A stretch of DNA of 64,000 nt from the NCBI GenBank assembly GCA_047286285.1, contig JBJBBP010000001.1, forward strand, positions 9,149-73,148, written 5' to 3'. This DNA is from Synechococcus sp. (GTDB lineage Bacteria > Cyanobacteriota > Cyanobacteriia > PCC-6307 > Cyanobiaceae). A model generated the notes under the pieces. That model worked only from the letters and a program-made list of their open reading frames with translations, was not told the DNA's origin and did not search any database. Each line of letters opens with the position of its first letter. The first letter of the stretch is position 1. A program made the position numbers and the translations under genes. This document shows positions 38,978 to 46,768 of the stretch, piece by piece.

Positions 38978-41470
38978 TCATTCAAAGAAACTGCTAATTG
39001 CAATGGTCTTTTCATGTTTCCAACCAATGCATTGTAGCACATTCTTTAGTGGTTCAAGAAATGATTTCTCAAACTGTGTTTGGTAATCCACATATTTCTC
39101 AATACCAAACTCCTTAGGTAACTCACCAAAGAAGCTAATGACATTCTGATGAATTGGATTTGGTGTCTTGAGATACACGAACTTAACTTTTTCACCCTCT
39201 TGAATGAGAGGATGCTTGTTCTCTACATTATAGTGCTTTACGTAGTGATTGTAAAGTAGGGCACCCCTTACTGCGATGGGTGTTCCTTTTTGATAGATTT
39301 CCTTAGGGTGACGGTACTTGGCAAGGTTGTTAACTCCTCTGGGAAAGGCGACTTCCTCATAGGGTCGTTCTTTGGTTTCTGTTCGGACTCCATTAATGAA
39401 ATTGATAAGTTCATCATTTGTTTTGCCGATAATAATCTTAAACGCTGCATACAATTTGTCTCTGAAATAAGCTGGGGTTGATGACCTAGCTGTTTCTAAA
39501 CCCATGATCTTCATCTTGGGTTCTTTATATCTAACTCCCTCACTATCCCAAACATTTAGGATGTACCTTTTCTTTGCAGTCCAGATGCCACGATCAGCGA
39601 TGTTCTCTCGCTTCATGCTCATTTTTTGGTCATACGCTGAAACATACGACGCAAGTTCTTGATACGAACGTTCAATAAAAGGTTCCAGTTTCTCTTGGCA
39701 GATCTTGTCAAGTATAGTAACAACTGCTGCTTTATCGCCAGATTTATTACCAAAAAATTTACTAACAAGAGGTCCGAGATTAAGATAGATTGAGTCAGTG
39801 TCAGATGCAATGACATAATCCTCCTTTTCTGTGGAGAGCAATTTATTTAGGTAATCGTTCATACGGTTCTCAATCCATCTGATTGATACCTGACCCGACA
39901 ATGTGATAGCTTCGGCATTTGCAAGACGGTAATAACGGAAATGTTCGTTACCGATAGCACCATAGGCAGAGTTAAGAGAGATCTTCTTTGCCATCTGAAT
40001 GTTATTACAGCGAGCAATCTCTTTCATCAATTCAACAGTAGGAGTTTTCTCGTACTGTTGCTTTGCCTTGATCATCTTCTTCTTAAAGATAACACGACTG
40101 TCGTACATTTTCTGCATCATTTCTGGCAGGAACCCATGCTTATCTTTACAGTATTGAGCACCATTTGCACACACAGCATACTCACCGTCAATTTCTACTT
40201 TCTTTTCAAGTATCTTATCAACTGTAATCGCTGGATGTCTAGTGTCCTGTAAGGTTTCGGGCGAGATATTGTACTGCATAATAAGATGAGGGTACAGAGA
40301 GTTAAGGTCAAAAGACACCACCCAATCATAGAATCCAGGAATCGGTTCCTTGACATAAGCACCCGCATACTTCTCAGTTTTAGTAGCACTCTCCTTCTTA
40401 GGAGGAATTGCAATCTTGCGTTTATTTAATTCGTTGTAGATATAATTATCCCACATACGAACCTGACTAAACACATCTTCATAATTTACCTTGGCATCAT
40501 ATGCCATGGTATAAGCTAGTTCAATCAACCTCATCTTGTCATCAAGTTTATCAACCAGACGAACGTCATGGATGTTGTACTCAATAAACTTCTGCCAGTT
40601 GTTTTCGTAAAACTCTTTGAATGTATCATACTCAGAGTGATCTAGTTTCTTCTCACCAAGTTCTACATTGCAAATGTGATCAAGACGATATGACTCTTGG
40701 TTAGTATAAGTAAACTTCTTATACAACTCAAGATAATCTAGACATGAGATACCAAGAGTATCAATAGCAAATTGTTTACGACCCTTGATAAAGATCTCAC
40801 GTTGAGAAACAAGTCTCCATGGAGAAAGAAGTTTAGTAAACTTTTCACCCATGATACGATTAACACGATTGTGAATGTACGGCATATCGAACAACTGTAC
40901 ATTCCATCCTGTAACTACGTCAGGATAATTTTCTTGCCAGTAGTCGAGGAATGCTCCCAACATGCTTTCTTCTGATCTGAAATGCATGTAGTCCACCATG
41001 GAGTCTTTGTTATCATATGGTCTCGCTCCGAACACAGTAATCCGACCAGAGAAACTATCTTTGACTGAGATGGCGAGTATTTCCTGATCGGCAGATTCAA
41101 TATCGGGAAACCCATTTTCTGCTGCGGTTTCAATATCAATGTTGAATATACGGATCTTGGTGCTGTCAAATTTAATTTGATCTTCTGGATGTTGTTCTGC
41201 GATGTATTGGTATAAAAATCTTGTGTTGCCATAGATATCAAAATCAGGAACCTCTTTGTATTTTTTAACGAACTCACGAGCTTCTTGAATAGAACCAAAC
41301 TTATGTGGTTCTACACATTCTCCTTCTAGTGTTTTCCATTTTGAATAATTCTTTGTAGGCAAAAACAGCGTAGGATTAAAAGGAACCCTGACGCTGTAAC
41401 GATTGCCATTCTCATAACCACGTACAAGCAGACGATTGCCTGCTTGCTCAACACTAGTGTAAAAATTCAT
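38978..41470 (-). CDS. g43: DNA polymerase (T4 gp43, family B)
   Basis: 830 aa. Exo I FNIDIE, SLYPH, polymerase motif ASDTDSIY, KKRY-like. Confidence 0.93.
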   Translation of the reverse strand: MNFYTSVEQAGNRLLVRGYENGNRYSVRVPFNPTLFLPTKNYSKWKTLEGECVEPHKFGSIQEAREFVKKYKEVPDFDIYGNTRFLYQYIAEQHPEDQIKFDSTKIRIFNIDIETAAENGFPDIESADQEILAISVKDSFSGRITVFGARPYDNKDSMVDYMHFRSEESMLGAFLDYWQENYPDVVTGWNVQLFDMPYIHNRVNRIMGEKFTKLLSPWRLVSQREIFIKGRKQFAIDTLGISCLDYLELYKKFTYTNQESYRLDHICNVELGEKKLDHSEYDTFKEFYENNWQKFIEYNIHDVRLVDKLDDKMRLIELAYTMAYDAKVNYEDVFSQVRMWDNYIYNELNKRKIAIPPKKESATKTEKYAGAYVKEPIPGFYDWVVSFDLNSLYPHLIMQYNISPETLQDTRHPAITVDKILEKKVEIDGEYAVCANGAQYCKDKHGFLPEMMQKMYDSRVIFKKKMIKAKQQYEKTPTVELMKEIARCNNIQMAKKISLNSAYGAIGNEHFRYYRLANAEAITLSGQVSIRWIENRMNDYLNKLLSTEKEDYVIASDTDSIYLNLGPLVSKFFGNKSGDKAAVVTILDKICQEKLEPFIERSYQELASYVSAYDQKMSMKRENIADRGIWTAKKRYILNVWDSEGVRYKEPKMKIMGLETARSSTPAYFRDKLYAAFKIIIGKTNDELINFINGVRTETKERPYEEVAFPRGVNNLAKYRHPKEIYQKGTPIAVRGALLYNHYVKHYNVENKHPLIQEGEKVKFVYLKTPNPIHQNVISFFGELPKEFGIEKYVDYQTQFEKSFLEPLKNVLQCIGWKHEKTIAISSFFE

Positions 41471-41724
41471 TCAAGACATTCAAGATAACGAGCAAGGATT
41501 GCCTTGCTTGGATTTGTCACCACCAACAAATCAGATGACCTGACGTTGAATTCACGCTCTGCAGCGTGCTCTGCCCATGGGCATAGTTGACCTTCATAGT
41601 CTAGCACATAGGGTTCGATTAGCCAAACATCAGGATCACCTGGTAATGTGTCCCCTTCAACTGGTTCTACTTGAGCGACGATCCACTCACTCTGCAGTTT
41701 CAGCAGGTTTGCTGTCAGTTCCAT
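41467..41724 (-). CDS. Hypothetical protein (85 aa)
   Basis: ATG start. Its stop forms ATGA with the g43 ATG. Confidence 0.6.
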   Translation of the reverse strand: MELTANLLKLQSEWIVAQVEPVEGDTLPGDPDVWLIEPYVLDYEGQLCPWAEHAAEREFNVRSSDLLVVTNPSKAILARYLECLE

Positions 41725-42079
41725 CTTTTACCTCTTCATTTGGAAAGAAAATTTGTTCATCAGTTAGACCAACTTCGCGAAGTCTATTTGCAAAGTTATC
41801 AACGATACCGTTATCAGGAAATACAACACTGATGATATGTTCTCCACCAAGACGATGTTCTTCTACAGGAGAGAAAGGACACCAACGTGTATATGAAATA
41901 GGAATAGTTCTATCTTCATTCTCCTCACCAAGAGTTAGTTTGTATGGATAAAGCATACGATATCCGACAACTTTATCGTCATCTCCACGAATCTCACCAA
42001 ACATACAGAGAACATTATCACCAGTTGTAAGATTTACAACACGGATATTGTGATTAGTCTTCAACTTTTGTTCCGTCAT
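41687..42079 (-). CDS. Hypothetical small beta-rich protein, paralog family member 2
   Basis: IRVVNLTTGDNVLCMFGEI..YPYKLTL..YTRWCPFSP aligns with ORFs 42054..42404 and 57520..57918. Confidence 0.65.
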   Translation of the reverse strand: MTEQKLKTNHNIRVVNLTTGDNVLCMFGEIRGDDDKVVGYRMLYPYKLTLGEENEDRTIPISYTRWCPFSPVEEHRLGGEHIISVVFPDNGIVDNFANRLREVGLTDEQIFFPNEEVKDGTDSKPAETAE

Positions 42080-42404
42080 TTTCTAATTCTTTCTTTTGTG
42101 TAAGTTTTTGTTTCCAAGCATTTTCCAGACCTGGTTCTGGATTACTAATAGTCATAACACTATCATAGGGAATCTTAAACATATTGTCAATAGAATAAGG
42201 ATTCCATTTACTAAACCTCACCTGATATTCCATACCAGTTTGTTCAGTAAGATATTGTGGTGTTGCACCATCTAAGTTTAGGATGTATGGATCTTCCATG
42301 ATGAGGCAAATACCTTTTTGGTTTTCACCCTCACCATCAAAGGCTTCCTTCAACTCAGTAATAATACGATCACCTGTTTTCAAGGTTATAATTGATACCG
42401 CCAT
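42054..42404 (-). CDS. Hypothetical small beta-rich protein, paralog family member 1
   Basis: SIITLKTGDRIITELKEA..DPYILNL..FSKWNPYSIDNMFKIPYDSVMTIS aligns with ORFs 41687..42079 and 57520..57918. Confidence 0.65.
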   Translation of the reverse strand: MAVSIITLKTGDRIITELKEAFDGEGENQKGICLIMEDPYILNLDGATPQYLTEQTGMEYQVRFSKWNPYSIDNMFKIPYDSVMTISNPEPGLENAWKQKLTQKKELENDGTKVED

Positions 42405-42436
42405 AGATTTCTTGAGTCAGCTATAAGTTTAACACT

Positions 42437-42460
42437 AAAAAAGGGCACCGTCAAGTGCCC
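42437..42460 (-). terminator. Rho-independent terminator downstream of hsp20
   Basis: On the minus strand: GGGCAC-TTGACG-GTGCCC followed by TTTTTT. Starts 9 nt after the hsp20 stop. Confidence 0.8.
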
Positions 42461-42468
42461 ATGTTGAT

Positions 42469-42882
42469 TTAAAAATGTTTCTTTCGTTTCTGTTTTTCTG
42501 GTAGTTCTTTTTTCAGAGTGATTGTTAATAGACCATCTTCAAATTTTACTGTCTCAACCTCTACATCATCTGACATTTGCCAGTTCTTTGAAAAAGATCT
42601 CTGTGAAATACCTTTATGTTGATATTGTTTTTCTTCCTTAGAAGATTTATTTGCTGAGACTGTTAGAACATTCCGTTCTGTCTCCACTTGAATATCTCCT
42701 CTTGAAAATCCCGCAAGAGCGAGTTCCAGTATGGTTCTACCATCAGATCCATTAATGACATTGTGAGGAGGATAGTTGTCTCTTGTTCCTGCAAGAGTCT
42801 CAAGTCTGTGGAATGTTTCATCGAACCCTAATGTGATTGGAGTATAAGTCTCCCAATTAAATGTTTTATTAAATGTTACCAT
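42469..42882 (-). CDS. hsp20: Small heat-shock protein (Hsp20/alpha-crystallin family)
   Basis: 137 aa. ALAGFSRGDIQVETERNVLTVSANK..SFSKNWQMSDDVEVETVKFEDGLLTITL is the alpha-crystallin domain pattern. Confidence 0.88.
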   Translation of the reverse strand: MVTFNKTFNWETYTPITLGFDETFHRLETLAGTRDNYPPHNVINGSDGRTILELALAGFSRGDIQVETERNVLTVSANKSSKEEKQYQHKGISQRSFSKNWQMSDDVEVETVKFEDGLLTITLKKELPEKQKRKKHF

Positions 42883-42989
42883 TGTCCTATAAAAGCGACG
42901 TTTACATGTGACCCATAAGGCATCACATTATTATTTAACCATATAGTACAATGGATGAAGGTGTGATAAACCCTCACTATAACTACGGT

Positions 42990-43418
42990 TTACTCTACTT
43001 CTTGTTTCTTACGACCAATATTGTATTTTGACTCAAGCGTCCACTCACCTTTCTCTTTAAAACTTAACACTTTAATTTGATTTAAGGGAGCTAGGTCTGT
43101 AATTTTTTCTTGACTCTCTGTAGAGATACTTACCAATCCCCAATCAAATAATAGTTGCACAATACGATTACGACGTTGTACATCATTCAAAGAGATATTT
43201 GCTTTCTTTCCATCTAATGCAAAAAGTTCTTTGAAGTGTACGATATAATACTTTCCTTGTTTATGTAAGATATGACATGACTGATAGATCTTTCTTTCTT
43301 TACGTGATGCCACACCAATTCTTGTTAGTGTTTCTCTCACTTTGAGAAAGTCGTCTGGTTCTCCCAGAACCACCTCCACCATATCAGATTGTTTCCACTG
43401 GATTTCTGTCTCACCCAT
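42990..43418 (-). CDS. regA: Translational repressor RegA
   Basis: PDDFLKVRETLTRIGVASRKERKIYQSCHILHKQGKYYIVHFKELFALDGK closely parallels T4 RegA. ATG 43418 is preceded by AAGGTGG. An alternative ATG at 43382 aligns with the T4 N-terminus. The track start 43427 is GTG. Confidence 0.9.
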   Translation of the reverse strand: MGETEIQWKQSDMVEVVLGEPDDFLKVRETLTRIGVASRKERKIYQSCHILHKQGKYYIVHFKELFALDGKKANISLNDVQRRNRIVQLLFDWGLVSISTESQEKITDLAPLNQIKVLSFKEKGEWTLESKYNIGRKKQEVE

Positions 43419-43797
43419 TTTTACCACCTTTACTCAATGATTTTTGTATATTATCTAATTGATCCTTGGTGAGAATCCTGAGTGCTTGTAGAGCTTTATC
43501 GTCATTATAACCATAATACTCTTTTACTACGTCAAGATAATCAATAGAATCTTTTCGTGCCCAAGGAGAGAAACGCTTCCTTGGTTTCACACTATTTAGG
43601 AAAAAATCATATTGCATCTTGTTTGGAATGTGTGAGTTCTTGTTCATTTCATTCGCAAACAAGATAGTGTCAGTAAAGGAACTTAAACACCTATTAATAA
43701 TATAAGAAGGATACTTTTTCTGCGCATCAGCATCATCATCCAGTATGTTTTTCTTGGATTGATTGATGCTGTATAGGTAGTCTTTCAGTTGGTACAT
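43411..43797 (-). CDS. g62: Clamp-loader small subunit (T4 gp62)
   Basis: YPSYIINRCLSSFTDTILFANEMN..FLNSVKPRKRFSPWARK parallels T4 gp62 [37 protein letters not shown]. Synteny g44-g62-regA-g43. Confidence 0.8.
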   Translation of the reverse strand: MYQLKDYLYSINQSKKNILDDDADAQKKYPSYIINRCLSSFTDTILFANEMNKNSHIPNKMQYDFFLNSVKPRKRFSPWARKDSIDYLDVVKEYYGYNDDKALQALRILTKDQLDNIQKSLSKGGKNG

Positions 43798-43969
43798 TGT
43801 TCCAGTGGCGGATTACTCCGCTAATAATAAAGCAGTTAGTGATAAGATAGCTGATGAATATAACAGTGCGTACCACAACCACGTAATTGTCATATTCTTT
43901 TGTTCTGTCGTCTGAGAATGATCCGAGTGCATATTTCCAGATGGTGAGCATTTTATTTAAAAGATGCAT
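43736..43969 (-). CDS. Small hypothetical membrane protein (77 aa)
   Basis: ATG start. One hydrophobic helix VVVRTVIFISYLITNCFIISGVI. Overlaps g62 by 62 nt. Confidence 0.45.
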   Translation of the reverse strand: MHLLNKMLTIWKYALGSFSDDRTKEYDNYVVVVRTVIFISYLITNCFIISGVIRHWNNVPTERLPIQHQSIQEKHTG

Positions 43970-44096
43970 TCACACCGACCACTGTAGCATTTGGATTTCT
44001 AGCAAGTGCAACCTGACGTGCATCTTGATAGTCTTTAGCAATCACTTCTTCTGTGAAGACAGTTCCTGCTTTGAATAATTTAACTTCGCATTTCAT
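43953..44096 (-). CDS. Micro-ORF (47 aa), below the track cut-off
   Basis: ATG 44096 lies 2 nt after the dam TAA. MKCEVKLFKAGTVFTEEVIAKDYQDARQVALARNPNATVVGVNASFK. Fills an otherwise empty 129-nt gap. Confidence 0.45.
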   Translation of the reverse strand: MKCEVKLFKAGTVFTEEVIAKDYQDARQVALARNPNATVVGVNASFK

Positions 44097-44098
44097 AG

Positions 44099-44938
44099 TT
44101 AATAGTTGTAAAGGACAAGCTCTTTTCTAGATGCCTGATCTATATTATAACTCCCCACAGACCGCATGGTGTAAGTGTGTGCAAATTCTGCAGCTGTCCA
44201 CCCATCAAAACGATCTTTGATAATTTGATCGGAGTTGTAAGAAACTAACTGACGACCAGCATATCTGTCACATTGGATAGCAAACTCATCATGATTGAAT
44301 CCTTTATGCATGTTACCTTTTTTACCATACAGATTTGATTTGATCTCATATGGAGGATCAAGATAAATGAAAACACTTCTATCATCAGTAAGAAGTTGTT
44401 CATATGATTCGTTAGTAAACTTCCAGTTTGCAATCAGTTCTTGATAACCAGTTAACTTCTCAATCCCATTGAGAGAGAAGTTGGAGTCACTTGCTTGTTT
44501 CGAGAAGGAACTCGATTCTGTAAGACCTGAGAAACTACACTTATTAACAACATAGAAAGAAACAGCACGATGAATTGCTTCAGTCTCACTGGTATCTTTT
44601 TCAAGGTACTTTTTAGCATCCAAGAAAAGTGACTTAGCGGAACTGGGGTCAGGGTGCCTTTGTTTAAGTTGGAGGAGGATGTTCTTAACTTCATTACCGT
44701 TGTCTTGGATTTCTCTCCAGAAGTTGTATAGTGGTTCATAAAGATCGTTTACCCAGATCTTTAAGTGAGGATATCTTTTAGTAACTTCAAGAGCTACACT
44801 ACCACCACCTAAGAATGGTTCACGATACTCAGTGTAAGTTGACAGATCAGGAATAAATTGAAACAGTTTACTTAGAGCACGAGACTTACCGCCAGGATAT
44901 CTGAGTGGTGTCTTATACGATTTCATCATCTGGTTCAT
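44099..44938 (-). CDS. dam: DNA adenine methyltransferase (Dam, MethyltransfD12-like)
   Basis: PLRYPGGKSRAL, EPFLGGGSV (FxGxG) and IYLDPPY (DPPY) motifs in Dam order. Confidence 0.88.
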   Translation of the reverse strand: MNQMMKSYKTPLRYPGGKSRALSKLFQFIPDLSTYTEYREPFLGGGSVALEVTKRYPHLKIWVNDLYEPLYNFWREIQDNGNEVKNILLQLKQRHPDPSSAKSLFLDAKKYLEKDTSETEAIHRAVSFYVVNKCSFSGLTESSSFSKQASDSNFSLNGIEKLTGYQELIANWKFTNESYEQLLTDDRSVFIYLDPPYEIKSNLYGKKGNMHKGFNHDEFAIQCDRYAGRQLVSYNSDQIIKDRFDGWTAAEFAHTYTMRSVGSYNIDQASRKELVLYNY

Positions 44939-45152
44939 TGTATTTTAAGTATTCCCTAAAGGTTAACTTTAGTTGTTTGATTGTCATGCCACAATGTGCT
45001 GCAGCATTAGGTAAGTTCATAGTAGCATGAAATAATGCTTCATGTGCTTCCTTTACATTTTCTGGTGTTGTTTTTATAGAAGTATTCCCATTGTCGTTTA
45101 GGTTCATCTTCCAACCGTTGAAGTAATTCTCTAAGTGATTTTGTTTTTGCAT
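44913..45152 (-). CDS. Hypothetical protein (79 aa)
   Basis: ATG start. Overlaps the dam start by 26 nt. No motif. Confidence 0.5.
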   Translation of the reverse strand: MQKQNHLENYFNGWKMNLNDNGNTSIKTTPENVKEAHEALFHATMNLPNAAAHCGMTIKQLKLTFREYLKYNEPDDEIV

Positions 45153-45176
45153 CTTCTTCTACAAATTTAAGTAAAC

Positions 45177-45341
45177 TCATCTTTCAATAAGAATAACTTT
45201 TTCTACTCTACTGTCTAAGAAGTCAGTAATTTTCATTATACCATATGCAGTAAATACCTGCGGTACTATGAATGCAATCATGGCTACTACCCAAAAAAGA
45301 TAGTAGTAATTCTCTTTGTTTTGTGTTCTTTTTTTAGTCAT
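45177..45341 (-). CDS. Micro membrane protein (54 aa from ATG 45341)
   Basis: MTKKRTQNKENYYYLFWVVAMIAFIVPQVFTAYGIMK.. The ATG overlaps the TAA of the preceding micro-ORF (GATGACTAA). The track version (start 45410) would overlap that ORF by 77 nt. Confidence 0.5.
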   Translation of the reverse strand: MTKKRTQNKENYYYLFWVVAMIAFIVPQVFTAYGIMKITDFLDSRVEKVILIER

Positions 45342-45483
45342 CGTGGTCATCAAATGGATCTTCAAGTCCTTCGTTTGCAAAGAACCCTCGGTAAACACCG
45401 TAGAAAACAAACATCACAACAATAACCATAATGGAAATTGGAAAGGTGATGTTAGGATCAAAATTGTAATGTGGAATCATCAT
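45334..45483 (-). CDS. Micro membrane protein (49 aa), below the track cut-off
   Basis: ATGATG at 45483 forms ATGA with the g44 TGA. MMIPHYNFDPNITFPISIMVIVVMFVFYGVYRGFFANEGLEDPFDDHDD has one transmembrane helix and an acidic tail. Confidence 0.5.
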   Translation of the reverse strand: MMIPHYNFDPNITFPISIMVIVVMFVFYGVYRGFFANEGLEDPFDDHDD

Positions 45484-46424
45484 TTGAATTCACAACTCAT
45501 CATAATTTCTGTTAAACATGCCAAGAGATTAATCTCCTGATCTGGAACAATAGTAATGTCTTTCATATACTTTGCAATAATAAGAACTGCTTCTGGAATA
45601 GATGCAGGTTTCAACATACCATAAAGACTGTCATAGATCTTACGCATAACCATGCTTGGATCATTGTCCATATGTTGTACAACCCATTTCTTTACCGTGG
45701 TAAATTCTTTTCGTTTGAGACTCCCCATAAGATCGTTGAGATTGATATCAGCAACATCAACGAGAATAGCGGAATCAATAGATCCAGAGGCAGCGTAACG
45801 CTGACACTCATTAATAAGCCTGCGCCAATCAGGATAATACCTTTTAGTAAGTTTGGCAAGAACCTTATCTTCAAATTGAACTTTCTCATTAGTCAGAATA
45901 GTTTTAAGACGTGTAAAAAAATCACCTTGTAATTGAACTGCTTGTTCTGGTTTGATTCTAAAATCAACAACAGTGCATCTTGAATGCAATGGTTCAATGA
46001 TCTTATTAATGAAGTTACAAGTGAAAATGAAACGACAGTTGCCATGAAACTCCTCTACAGCAGTCCTCAGGGACAGTTGCACGTCGTTGGTGGTGTTGTC
46101 TGCCTCATCAATAATGACGACCTTGTGAGCAGCACCAGAGGTCAGAGAGACCGTGGTAGCAAACTGACGTACGCGATTACGTACGGTATCAAGAAATCGT
46201 CCTTCATCAGATCCGTTAATAACAATGTAAGAAGCACCAATCTCCTCACACATAGCTTTGGCAATAGTAGTCTTGCCAACACCTGCAGTTCCTGTTAGGA
46301 GCAGGTTAGGAAGTTCTCCCTGATCAACAAAACCCTGAAACACATCTTTAGTGCTTGCAGGGAGAATGCAATCTTTCACAACACTGGGACGGTATTTCTC
46401 CACCCACAAAAATTCTTTGCTCAT
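45480..46424 (-). CDS. g44: Clamp-loader large subunit (T4 gp44, RFC-like AAA+)
   Basis: EKYRP, Walker A GTAGVGKTT, Walker B VIIDEAD, SRC motif LHSRCTV. The track start 46436 is TTG; the ATG at 46424 lies 2 nt after the speD stop. Confidence 0.9.
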   Translation of the reverse strand: MSKEFLWVEKYRPSVVKDCILPASTKDVFQGFVDQGELPNLLLTGTAGVGKTTIAKAMCEEIGASYIVINGSDEGRFLDTVRNRVRQFATTVSLTSGAAHKVVIIDEADNTTNDVQLSLRTAVEEFHGNCRFIFTCNFINKIIEPLHSRCTVVDFRIKPEQAVQLQGDFFTRLKTILTNEKVQFEDKVLAKLTKRYYPDWRRLINECQRYAASGSIDSAILVDVADINLNDLMGSLKRKEFTTVKKWVVQHMDNDPSMVMRKIYDSLYGMLKPASIPEAVLIIAKYMKDITIVPDQEINLLACLTEIMMSCEFK

Positions 46425-46426
46425 AA

Positions 46427-46768
46427 TTAAATCCAATCAGATCTGTCACATGTCCACTTCTTGACTTCACAAGAGTGGAATCTCTCTTTCATATATTCTA
46501 ACACTTTTTTGTAGTTCGTGTCTACACTGCATGAAAATAGATCACATCTAGCGACGTTATCCTCTGGCCACGTATGTACACTGATGTGACTTTCTGCAAG
46601 TAATGCATACGCAGTCACACCGTGTGGTTCAAACTTATGAGTGTCAACCTTCAACACTTCTAAGTTACCGATTTCTGCTGCCTCTATTAAAGTTTCCTTG
46701 ATGTACTTTTCATCATCCAATAGACTAGTAAATAGACATTCTTTCAAATCAAATAGTACGTGTTTCAT
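46427..46768 (-). CDS. speD: S-adenosylmethionine decarboxylase proenzyme (SpeD/SpeH-like)
   Basis: HGVTAYALLAESHISVHTWPE contains the E-S self-cleavage site and the HTWPE motif. The ATG at 46768 forms ATGA with the upstream stop (the track start 46774 is GTG). Confidence 0.85.
   Translation of the reverse strand: MKHVLFDLKECLFTSLLDDEKYIKETLIEAAEIGNLEVLKVDTHKFEPHGVTAYALLAESHISVHTWPEDNVARCDLFSCSVDTNYKKVLEYMKERFHSCEVKKWTCDRSDWI

Noticed and set aside
24690-41470. Inteins or group I introns in nrdA, nrdB, g41, g43 or uvsX. These are common in T4-like phages, and a GIY-YIG gene lies nearby.
   Set aside because: All five ORFs are continuous, of normal length for their families, and their conserved motifs follow each other without inserted blocks. 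The GIY-YIG gene is free-standing.
42883-42989. RNA thermometer (fourU/ROSE-like) in the hsp20 leader.
   Set aside because: The only U-run near the AGGA SD (CUUUUAUAGGA) would leave a 2-nt loop, which is not a feasible hairpin. No other structure occluding the SD was found by eye.
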